Positions 16,849-23,948 of a stretch of DNA of 32,645 nt are shown here, piece after piece. The stretch comes from a virus (lineage: Duplodnaviria > Caudoviricetes): the IMG/VR virus record IMGVR_UViG_3300020045_004057, positions 1 to 32,645 of that record. One strand, 5' to 3'. The number at the start of each line of letters is the position of its first letter. The stretch's first letter is position 1. The translations under genes and the position numbers were made by a program. Under the pieces are notes generated by a model. That model ran no database searches. It worked only from the letters and a program-made list of their open reading frames with translations, and was not told the DNA's origin.

Positions 16849-17006
16849 GGTTTTTCTATTTCGTATTTATTAAAAAAATCATCTATAGCCTCTTCTATCA
16901 AGCTAGATATTGATCTTTTAGTGTCTACCGACATTTGGCGTACTGATTCAGCGTGCCATTTCAATAAAGTTGTACCAAACTTCTCTCTGTTCTTTAAATC
17001 TCCCAT
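16827..17006 (-). CDS. Ribbon-helix-helix protein (RHH_3-like, 59 aa, not in ORF track)
   Basis: AGAGGTG RBS; MGDLKNREKFGTTLLKWHAESVRQMSVDTKRSISSLIEEAIDDFFNKY... Confidence 0.8.
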   Translation of the reverse strand: MGDLKNREKFGTTLLKWHAESVRQMSVDTKRSISSLIEEAIDDFFNKYEIEKPKEPSQK

Positions 17007-17024
17007 ACGTTCACCTCTGTAATT

Positions 17025-17066
17025 ATTGTATCATCATAGATAAACGTTGTAAGCTTCGCGAAGCTT
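17025..17066 (-). promoter_or_regulatory. Promoter of the RHH gene with a perfect 16-bp palindrome operator
   Basis: Minus strand CTTACA-17-TACAAT with extended TG; AAGCTTCGCGAAGCTT at 17051-17066 overlaps the -35. Confidence 0.55.
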
Positions 17067-17105
17067 CGAGATTTTTTATCATTATTTTATTTGTCAAGCA
17101 GGAAT

Positions 17106-17121
17106 TAGGACGTTTGTCCCA
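17106..17121. promoter_or_regulatory. Operator-like palindrome TAGGAC-N4-GTCCCA (copy 1)
   Basis: 15/16 identical to the copy at 18089-18104. Confidence 0.6.
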
Positions 17122-17217
17122 AAAGGAAACTACTATGCCACAAAATACCTGTTAAAACTTTCAGCAAGTTTCGCTATAATTACACTAGACGAGTAGCGAT
17201 ATAGGGAGTGATTAACT

Positions 17218-17448
17218 TTCAAGCCAAAACTCAGAGTAGAAGTCCTAAGACTGCAACACAAACTTACTATTAGAGGACTCGCCACTCTGAGTGGGGTATC
17301 TAAAACAGCATGTGGTGATATTGCAACTGGCGTTAAAACAACGCTGACTAAAAAGCAAGCAGACGGACTATGTAGAGTATTTAATTGTACTGCCGCTGAC
17401 TTGTATACGAAAGAAGATGATTGTTATGTTGACGATCCTCATAGATGA
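17218..17448 (+). pseudogene. XRE/Cro-C1 helix-turn-helix gene lacking a canonical start codon
   Basis: Open frame FKPKLRVEVLRLQHKLTIRGLATLSGVSKTACGDIATG...LCRVFNCTAADLY; promoter TTAAAA-17-TATAAT, RBS GGGAGTG and terminator present; TTC sits where the start is expected. Confidence 0.65.
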
Positions 17449-17456
17449 CTTTTCGA

Positions 17457-17486
17457 GGCCGCCTTAATTGTGCGGTTTTTTCTTTT
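17457..17486 (+). terminator. Rho-independent terminator
   Basis: GGCCGC-CTTAATTGT-GCGGTT followed by a T-tract. Confidence 0.65.
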
Positions 17487-17545
17487 GTCGAATTTTATAA
17501 TATTTTGCAAAGTTTAGGTGTTTTGGTAGTATTTTTCTTTAAATG

Positions 17546-17572
17546 TGGTATAATAAATACAAACATACGTTC
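17546..17572 (+). promoter_or_regulatory. Extended -10 promoter with a LexA/DinR (SOS)-like box
   Basis: TGgTATAAT 17546-17554; AAAC-ATAC-GTTC at 17561-17572, one mismatch to GAAC-N4-GTTC. Confidence 0.6.
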
Positions 17573-17603
17573 TATAATTTATAAAAAGGATGATGATATT
17601 TAA

Positions 17604-17765
17604 ATGAATGCAGAGAAAAAAGAGATCAGCGTTGAAATGTTTAAAAACACTCCTAGGCTAATCTCATTAATGAGAAACATTAAAGGATATAAAGTAGATA
17701 TAGATAATTTAACAAATTTAGAAACAAGAAAACTTATATCATTGGCATTAATCGCCAGTAGATAA
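17604..17765 (+). CDS. 53-aa protein, putative SOS-induced antirepressor (not in ORF track)
   Basis: AAAGGATG RBS; MNAEKKEISVEMFKNTPRLISLMRNIKGYKVDIDNLTNLETRKLISLALIASR; converges on the repressor gene. Confidence 0.55.
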   Translation: MNAEKKEISVEMFKNTPRLISLMRNIKGYKVDIDNLTNLETRKLISLALIASR

Positions 17766-18008
17766 TTTAGATATTTTCTTTAAGACGGCCTTCTGCTCAT
17801 TGAGTGGGAGGCTATTTATTTTACCCAAAATCTCTAATTCGTTTTCTGTTAATATTTCAATTTCTTCATTTTCTTTAGCAAATAACAATTCCAATGCAAC
17901 AATTATTTCACTGTTTATTGATCTTCTATTTTTTGCTGCTGAGGCCTTCAGTTTTTCGTGAACGTCAGGTGATAATCTCAATCCTACGTCTTTCGCTTTT
18001 TCAGCCAT
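17748..18008 (-). CDS. Arc-family RHH repressor with C-terminal helical extension (candidate immunity repressor)
   Basis: AAGGAG RBS before ATG 18008; VGLRLSPDVHEKLKASAAKNRRSINSEI is the Arc signature; occupies the CI position. Confidence 0.8.
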   Translation of the reverse strand: MAEKAKDVGLRLSPDVHEKLKASAAKNRRSINSEIIVALELLFAKENEEIEILTENELEILGKINSLPLNEQKAVLKKISKLSTGD

Positions 18009-18039
18009 GTCAATCAACTCCTTTAATACTGTTAACACT

Positions 18040-18068
18040 ATGATAGCATTATGCTGGCAAAGTAGCAA
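18040..18068 (-). promoter_or_regulatory. Leftward (repressor) promoter with TAGCA/TGGCA boxes
   Basis: Minus strand TTGCTA-17-TATCAT with extended TG; AGCAT-T-ATGCT palindrome within the spacer. Confidence 0.65.
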
Positions 18069-18088
18069 CAAAATAATCTTAAAAAAAG

Positions 18089-18104
18089 TAGGACGTTTGT
18101 CCTA
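18089..18104. promoter_or_regulatory. Operator-like palindrome TAGGAC-N4-GTCCTA (copy 2)
   Basis: Lies between the two divergent promoters. Confidence 0.65.
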
Positions 18105-18133
18105 ATATTTGGAAGAATTGTTATTTGTTAGTA

Positions 18134-18170
18134 TTGCATAGTGGGTATGGTGTGGGTATAATGTGGGTAT
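18134..18170 (+). promoter_or_regulatory. Rightward early promoter overlapped by three GTGGGTAT direct repeats
   Basis: TTGCAT(18134)-17-TATAAT(18157); GTGGGTAT at 18141, 18152 and 18163 (11-bp period). Confidence 0.8.
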
Positions 18171-18185
18171 GGAGGTGGTGAAAAC

Positions 18186-18329
18186 GTGGTTAAGCAAGCA
18201 GATGTTAAGACTGGTGCAAGGTTGCCGAGCGAATTAAACGAAAAACTTGAAAAGTGGGCCAGTGATAGAGGGATATCTAAAAATACAATAATTTTGTTGG
18301 CGTTACATGATTACCTGAAAGTTAATTAA
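18186..18329 (+). CDS. 47-aa Arc/CopG-like RHH protein (Cro-position, not in ORF track)
   Basis: GGAGGTGG RBS; GTG start; VKTGARLPSELNEKLEKWASDRGISKNTIILLALHDYL. Confidence 0.8.
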   Translation: MVKQADVKTGARLPSELNEKLEKWASDRGISKNTIILLALHDYLKVN

Positions 18330-18344
18330 AAAGGAAGTGCGTTA

Positions 18345-19100
18345 ATGAGCAACTTAACAATAGTAAAGCAACACGGACAACTAATGGTCGAAAGTCGGCA
18401 AGTGGCTGAGATGGTAGAAAAAGAACACAAACATTTATTGAGAGATATTCAAGGGTATACGGAAATATTAGGACAGTCCAACTTTGGGCTTACCGATTTT
18501 TTCATAGAAAGCACTTACCTTTCAGAACAAAAGAAAATATTGCCTTGTTACTTAATCACTAAAAAAGGTTGCGAGTTGGTCGGCAATAAAATGACTGGCG
18601 AAAAAGGGGTACTGTTCACGGCTGCATATGTTACTAAATTCAACGAAATGGAAAATGAAATTAAACCACTATCGCAACTTGAAATTATAGCGGTAATGGC
18701 ACAAGCGGCGGCAGACCAAGAAAAACAACTTAATCAAATTGCAGAAACGCAAGTTAAACAAGCGGAAGAATTGCAAGGTATCCGCAATGTAGTTGCATTA
18801 AATTCCACAGGCTGGCGTGAAGACAGCAAAAAACTAATTGCAAAAATGGCTGACAAGTTAGGAGGATTTGACCACATTCAAACTGTACGAAAGGAAACAT
18901 ACGTCCAGTTAAACAGAAGAATAGGCGTAGACATTGACCGTAGGTTGTTAAATAAACGTCAAAGAATGGCACTAGAGGGCGTTTGTAAATCAAAATGCGA
19001 TAAGGTTAATTATTTAGACATTATTGCTGATGATAAAAAACTTCTTGAAGCATATTTGGCGATCATCAAGGAGATGGCGATTAAGGCCGGTGTAGCATGA
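18345..19100 (+). CDS. Rha-family regulatory/antirepressor protein
   Basis: ESRQVAEMVEKEHKHLLRDI, FFIESTY, CYLITKKGCE, GEKGVLFTAAYV motifs. Confidence 0.9.
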   Translation: MSNLTIVKQHGQLMVESRQVAEMVEKEHKHLLRDIQGYTEILGQSNFGLTDFFIESTYLSEQKKILPCYLITKKGCELVGNKMTGEKGVLFTAAYVTKFNEMENEIKPLSQLEIIAVMAQAAADQEKQLNQIAETQVKQAEELQGIRNVVALNSTGWREDSKKLIAKMADKLGGFDHIQTVRKETYVQLNRRIGVDIDRRLLNKRQRMALEGVCKSKCDKVNYLDIIADDKKLLEAYLAIIKEMAIKAGVA

Positions 19101-19375
19101 TGGCTAAACAAAAACCAATGATCTTAAACGGCAAACAATACATAGCCGATGAAATAGGAAACCTCATTCCGTTTATCGAGGAAGTTAAAATCAAAGAAGA
19201 CCCATGGAAAGCGGTAAATTCAGTCATGGAAACCTGCAAGATACTTGGAATATCTCGCGGCAGTCTGATGCTAATAGCTAAAGAAGGTAGATTGAAAATA
19301 ATCCAAGCTGGCCCAAGACGTTGGCTAGTCCCTGGCTGGTCTATAGCAGAGTTTATACAGATGCCTAAGGACTAA
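19097..19375 (+). CDS. Excisionase-like winged-HTH protein
   Basis: SVMETCKILGISRGSL..AKEGRL..RRWLVP pattern. Confidence 0.7.
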   Translation: MMAKQKPMILNGKQYIADEIGNLIPFIEEVKIKEDPWKAVNSVMETCKILGISRGSLMLIAKEGRLKIIQAGPRRWLVPGWSIAEFIQMPKD

Positions 19376-19459
19376 CTAGTACACGAATAACAAAAGCGAC
19401 TCACAGCGCCCCACACATCGTCATGGAGTGCGGCAATAGAGAGTGAGTAGGAGCAGAAC

Positions 19460-19528
19460 ATGCAAGCGTTAACCATAGCCCTAGCAATGATAATCATACT
19501 ATCAATAACAATCATAAATGAAGATTAG
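19460..19528 (+). CDS. 22-aa hydrophobic peptide
   Basis: AGGAG RBS; MQALTIALAMIIILSITIINED. Confidence 0.35.
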   Translation: MQALTIALAMIIILSITIINED

Positions 19529-19615
19529 TCCTTATTTTACCTAGCAAAAATGGACAGACCCCACAGTATCAGTATTACCCATTCAGCGAAATTTATACAA
19601 GGTGGTGAAAAATAA

Positions 19616-19981
19616 ATGAATAAATCGCCAAAATGGACAGCTGAGCAGGACCAATACCTAGTGGACCACTATCTAACTGATGATGTCAACGATGTGGCAG
19701 AAAAGTTAGGCCGTACAGTAAATGCAATTAAAAATAGAGTTGCAACTATGCCGGACCTTTACAAGCGCAAGGCATATAACAAGCCTAAGTCAACTAGTAA
19801 GGCAACGGCATATCAAAAAGCTTTATCATCTGACAGATGGCAAGATGCCCAAGACTTTATAAATATGATGGCGAGATTTAAGCGAAGATTGATGCAGGAT
19901 AATTTGATGGTTGGCAAGGATCGGCTGTTTGGTGGATTGCCTGGGGCTTTTAATCAGTACCAAGTTGATATAGGGAGGTAA
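19616..19981 (+). CDS. Myb/SANT-like HTH protein
   Basis: WTAEQDQYL..VAEKLGRTVNAIKNR. Confidence 0.7.
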   Translation: MNKSPKWTAEQDQYLVDHYLTDDVNDVAEKLGRTVNAIKNRVATMPDLYKRKAYNKPKSTSKATAYQKALSSDRWQDAQDFINMMARFKRRLMQDNLMVGKDRLFGGLPGAFNQYQVDIGR

Positions 19982-19985
19982 GAAT

Positions 19986-20210
19986 ATGCCTTGGCTTTGC
20001 GCTCTTTGTGATAAAAAGCTAAATGTAAATAATGCGGATCGCGTAGTACATCCGGTTTACTTTAAGCTGGTGCTAGTATGTCGAGATAAAATATTATGCA
20101 AAAACAAATATGAGGTAACGGCTCCAGTTGTGGTCCATAAGCCAAAAGATAAGGCTCGCGGATCTGCTAAGTATCGTAATAGTCAAAAGTTTCGTGTAGG
20201 GGGTAATTAG
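19986..20210 (+). CDS. Hypothetical Cys-containing basic protein
   Basis: GGGAGG RBS; CxxC...CxxxxxC. Confidence 0.65.
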   Translation: MPWLCALCDKKLNVNNADRVVHPVYFKLVLVCRDKILCKNKYEVTAPVVVHKPKDKARGSAKYRNSQKFRVGGN

Positions 20211-20830
20211 TGAATAGCAATAAGATAATTCTTGATCTATGCGGCGGTACAGGCAGTTGGAGTAAGCCTTATAAAAATGCTGGGTATGATGTTAGGTTGA
20301 TAACCTTACCAACACATGATGTATTCGCCTATGAGCCACCAGGGGGGGTATATGGGATACTAGCGGCGCCAACTTGTACTAACTTTAGCTTATGCCGAAC
20401 AAATGCTAAAACTGCTAGAGATTTAGAACAATCTATGAAACTTGTTAAGCGATGTTTGGAAATAATTTGGCAACAGCAATATCAACTAATACATAAAAAT
20501 TCTAAACTCACTACTCTTAAGTTTTGGGCATTGGAAAATCCAAGAGGTTTCTTAAAATACTTTTTAGGGAATCCACCATTAGAATTTACCCCGGCTGACT
20601 ATGGCGATAACTATAAAAAACGCACTCATATATGGGGAAATTTCAACAATCCAGTTAAAAGCCCGGTGCAATGCACTACTGGTAAGTTTGATGCAATGCT
20701 ACTTGAAGATTTACCTGAGTTACCAGTGGGGTTTGTATACGATAAAGGTTGCGGACTAGATAAACGTCAAGTTAGACGTAGTATTACACCAGCCGGATTC
20801 GCAAACGCATTCTTTAAAGCTAATCAATAA
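20210..20830 (+). CDS. Compact C5-cytosine DNA methyltransferase-like protein
   Basis: Motif I LDLCGGTG, motif IV APTC..FS, motif VI LENP, KKRT, C-terminal RSITP.GFA.AF. Confidence 0.75.
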   Translation: MNSNKIILDLCGGTGSWSKPYKNAGYDVRLITLPTHDVFAYEPPGGVYGILAAPTCTNFSLCRTNAKTARDLEQSMKLVKRCLEIIWQQQYQLIHKNSKLTTLKFWALENPRGFLKYFLGNPPLEFTPADYGDNYKKRTHIWGNFNNPVKSPVQCTTGKFDAMLLEDLPELPVGFVYDKGCGLDKRQVRRSITPAGFANAFFKANQ

Positions 20831-20844
20831 TGGGAGGTTAAAAA

Positions 20845-21102
20845 TTGTCTTCAAAACATAACCACAGCCGGCAGCGCAATTTGCCAGTCAAGCCAATTAA
20901 TTACAAGGAGGCGAGAAAAATGCTACAACAAATTAAAGTATCGAATATCACTGAAGCAAATCAAGTGGTCAGGTTATCCCCTGAACGTGATGGCGGGGTA
21001 GTTGATGTTATCGAAAGTCTTAGCTTTGATCAGGTGTTATGTGGGTTGCTGGCGGTTATGGTAGTTGTCATGTTTGTGGTTTTAGTCAATATTTGGATAT
21101 AG
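20845..21102 (+). CDS. Hypothetical protein with C-terminal TM helix
   Basis: GGGAGG RBS (TTG 20845); second in-frame AAGGAGG/ATG near 20920. Confidence 0.65.
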   Translation: MSSKHNHSRQRNLPVKPINYKEARKMLQQIKVSNITEANQVVRLSPERDGGVVDVIESLSFDQVLCGLLAVMVVVMFVVLVNIWI

Positions 21103-21173
21103 AAAAAACCGCTATTGCAAGTAGCGGCCTTAGGTAAATGATTAACGTGATTATATCACTGGAGGTATAAATA

Positions 21174-21323
21174 ATGCAAGTAGCGGCAATATCGGCAATT
21201 GCAGATTTTAAAGGTAATAACGCCAGTTTTAGAGCTGAATTAGTTAAAAATGAAAAGTTTGTGAGTGGTGGCGGTCGTAGTTTTGCGGAAATATTTGCTG
21301 ATGCGAAGCGGAAGTTGAAATAA
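21174..21323 (+). CDS. 49-aa hypothetical protein (not in ORF track)
   Basis: GGAGGT RBS; MQVAAISAIADFKG...RSFAEIFADAKRKLK. Confidence 0.6.
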   Translation: MQVAAISAIADFKGNNASFRAELVKNEKFVSGGGRSFAEIFADAKRKLK

Positions 21324-21343
21324 ATATTTAGGAGGATGCAACC

Positions 21344-21469
21344 GTGGACCTCACAATCATCGTTGAGGTACTAAAAATTGTAGCTGCATTGGTAGTAGTT
21401 TATGCGGCAGTCAGATTTGGTGAGTATCTTGCGTGGATGCAAATGTTTAGCAGGAGGTATTGGAAATGA
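21344..21469 (+). CDS. 41-aa membrane peptide (not in ORF track)
   Basis: AGGAGG RBS; GTG start; MDLTIIVEVLKIVAALVVVYAAVRFG...; ATGA overlap with the next gene. Confidence 0.6.
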   Translation: MDLTIIVEVLKIVAALVVVYAAVRFGEYLAWMQMFSRRYWK

Positions 21470-21915
21470 CACTAACCAGCGATGACAAAAAAACAATTAC
21501 AAAATTAACGGCTGAAGGTAAAATACCATCCGAAATAGCTAAAATAATGGGGATCAAATATATAACCATATATAACTATACAAACCGAATTGAGAGATCG
21601 GTGCAACAGAAAATATATCGAGATTCAAAGCGGAAACATAAAATTATTGAATTAACATCTACTGATAAGTATGTTGATACTGGCAAGGTAATGCCGCCAA
21701 CATATAAAACAAATTTGACAATAATTGCAGACAAAAATTTAGTGGAATTGGCGTGTCAGCAAATGGGACTAAAGCCGCCAGTGTGCTCGCTGGCTGAACG
21801 ACCGAGTGCTAGTAATATTCGTGGACTGGAAAGAGTCGGTAATAAGTGGGTGGCTAGTGCTGATACAGGGGTGACAGGGAGAGTTAGGCATTGTGGTGTT
21901 GGATCGTTGTTATAA
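21466..21915 (+). CDS. N-terminal HTH domain protein
   Basis: AGGAGG RBS; EGKIPSEIAKIMGIKYITIYNY. Confidence 0.7.
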   Translation: MTLTSDDKKTITKLTAEGKIPSEIAKIMGIKYITIYNYTNRIERSVQQKIYRDSKRKHKIIELTSTDKYVDTGKVMPPTYKTNLTIIADKNLVELACQQMGLKPPVCSLAERPSASNIRGLERVGNKWVASADTGVTGRVRHCGVGSLL

Positions 21916-21928
21916 AAGGGTGACTGCT

Positions 21929-22105
21929 ATGAATTTAAAAGATATTTGCACTCGCGATCTAGTTATGGAGTTGCGTGCTAGGGATGATGTTCAAGAGGTT
22001 GTTAATGAGCGCAGTATGTGTAATTGGTCAGTGGGGGTTGATCGTGGTGATCTGTTGGTTGGTAAGGGTGAGGTAATTATTTTAGCAGTGGAGGGTTTAT
22101 TTTGA
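21929..22105 (+). CDS. Small phage protein (BC1881-like)
   Basis: LKDICTRDLVMELRARDDV...G..IILAV pattern. Confidence 0.55.
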   Translation: MNLKDICTRDLVMELRARDDVQEVVNERSMCNWSVGVDRGDLLVGKGEVIILAVEGLF

Positions 22106-23748
22106 AAATAAAAGCAATTAAAATCAACAGATTCATAGGGTTGGATGAATTTATATATAACCCTGGACCACTTAACATATTCGAAGGTCCAAAGGGCAGT
22201 GGCAAGTCGAGTATCCTTGAAGGTATAGAAACGGCTGTAAGTAATACAAAACGCCGTACTGAGGTTGTCAGGCATGGTAGTGGTGAATCTACATTGTTTA
22301 TTGAAACTGATTCAGGGCTAGAAATTGATCGAAGAATCAGAACAGATAAAGCCGATTACCTAAAATTACGGCAGAAGGGCGACGGAATCAAATCCACTGA
22401 AGCCGAGTTAAGAAAATTTATAAGCGGTGATATTTTTAGGCCGCTGGATTTTATTACAATGGGTGCACAAAAACAGACCGAAATTATTCTAGGCATGATC
22501 AAAATGCAGTACACGGATGAAGAAATTAATGGCTGGTTTGGCGAAAATGTAGATGTTTTAAGCAAGGTCAATACATCAAAGCATTTATTGCAGATCCTTA
22601 AGGATATTGAAGTCGCTAATTTTAAACAGCGGGAAGAAACCAATCGCGAAATTAAGTTGCTGGAAGGTCAAGTCAAGGGGATTGAAGCTGAATTGCCAGC
22701 TAATTATGACGGTGCTGAGTGGAAAGAATTGAAGGTCCAAGATTTTTATAATAAGGTTGCCGAGGTTCAAAAGATTAATAATTTTATAGCTGAAGCCGAA
22801 CGATTACAAATCGGAATTGCTGAAAAGATTGAGTCAATAAAAACGGCGGCTGAAGGAAATAAATCAAAGGTTAAGATTAAATTCACTGAGAAGCGGCAGG
22901 ATTTGAAAGATATTATTGATTTGTCAAAAGGAAAAATCGCAGTAGCTAACAATATTGTGATATCCGCTGCCGATAAAAAGAAAATTGCAAGTAATGATCT
23001 GCAAGTATTAATGAATACAATTATTCAAGAAATTAAAGAAAAATATGATCAAATGGAAAAGGATAGGCATTTGGCAATAGATGCTGAAATCGAAGAACAA
23101 AATACCATTGTATCTGTGCTTGATAAAAAAATATCTGCTAAAGAACAAGAAATATTATCACTTGCTGATCTTGAAAAACAGGAAATTAAGGCAGAGGATA
23201 TCGCCAGCGAGTCAGAGATTGAAAAAGAAAAATTACGAGTCGGTAAAGCTGCTGAATATTTGGAAGTTCATAAAGTTACTGATATTGAGCCATTGCAAAA
23301 AGAAGCTGACAAAGTGGCAGAGAATCAATCTTACTTGCGAGAATGGGACCGCATGTTAGATATCCGAGATGGTAAATTAACCGCTAAAAAGCAGTATACC
23401 GATACCTTGACCAATATCATCACCACTGCTAGAAATAAGCCTGCTGAGCTGTTAAAACAACATAAGCTACCCATTGATGGAATCAGCGTTGATGAAAATA
23501 GCATGATCCGGATTAAAAATATATTACTGGATGGTCTGTCTGATGGCGAGAAATTAGAAGCGGCCTTTAAAATTGCACTTCAGCGGATTGGTGAATTGCG
23601 AATCATGTGCCTGGATGGATTTGAAAAATTAAATGAGTCCGAGCAGCAGAAGATTGTTAAATTGTGTGAGGATAACGACATTCAAGCTTTTGTGACTATT
23701 ACTAAAGATACCGAGAGTGGCAATTTTGAAATTAAGGGGTGTTTATGA
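22102..23748 (+). CDS. SbcC/Rad50-like coiled-coil ABC ATPase
   Basis: Walker A GPKGSGKS, long coiled coil, signature LSDGE, Walker B MCLDGFE. Confidence 0.88.
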   Translation: MKIKAIKINRFIGLDEFIYNPGPLNIFEGPKGSGKSSILEGIETAVSNTKRRTEVVRHGSGESTLFIETDSGLEIDRRIRTDKADYLKLRQKGDGIKSTEAELRKFISGDIFRPLDFITMGAQKQTEIILGMIKMQYTDEEINGWFGENVDVLSKVNTSKHLLQILKDIEVANFKQREETNREIKLLEGQVKGIEAELPANYDGAEWKELKVQDFYNKVAEVQKINNFIAEAERLQIGIAEKIESIKTAAEGNKSKVKIKFTEKRQDLKDIIDLSKGKIAVANNIVISAADKKKIASNDLQVLMNTIIQEIKEKYDQMEKDRHLAIDAEIEEQNTIVSVLDKKISAKEQEILSLADLEKQEIKAEDIASESEIEKEKLRVGKAAEYLEVHKVTDIEPLQKEADKVAENQSYLREWDRMLDIRDGKLTAKKQYTDTLTNIITTARNKPAELLKQHKLPIDGISVDENSMIRIKNILLDGLSDGEKLEAAFKIALQRIGELRIMCLDGFEKLNESEQQKIVKLCEDNDIQAFVTITKDTESGNFEIKGCL

Positions 23749-23948
23749 TGGTTACTGAAATAAACTTAAAAATACAAGAAGTGATAATTCAAAAAGGCTA
23801 TATAAACGATTCCGAAGGGGTTATAAATGATATTACCTTTATAAGTGAATCAGGCGACAGGCTCCACGTGTGCGGATATAACAACACGTTAAAATTACTC
23901 AGCAGTGCAATAGAAAAATATAAACATGGTCAGGGAGGGTTATTGTAA
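23745..23948 (+). CDS. Hypothetical protein
   Basis: ATGA and TAATG coupling on both sides. Confidence 0.6.
   Translation: MMVTEINLKIQEVIIQKGYINDSEGVINDITFISESGDRLHVCGYNNTLKLLSSAIEKYKHGQGGLL

Noticed and set aside
16970-17155. 61-aa plus-strand ORF in the track
   Set aside because: No RBS; crosses promoters/operators and overlaps the better-supported minus-strand RHH gene
17486-17492. Spo0A-box TGTCGAA upstream of the SOS-like promoter
   Set aside because: A single 7-mer is expected by chance in 32 kb; position is suggestive but insufficient
18009-18071. N-terminal extension of the Arc repressor in the ORF track
   Set aside because: Covers the promoter; AAGGAG supports ATG 18008
16509-18170. 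Short repeats considered as a mini CRISPR array
   Set aside because: Repeats are 8-16 bp without spacer-length unique intervals; they fit arm sites and operators; no cas genes
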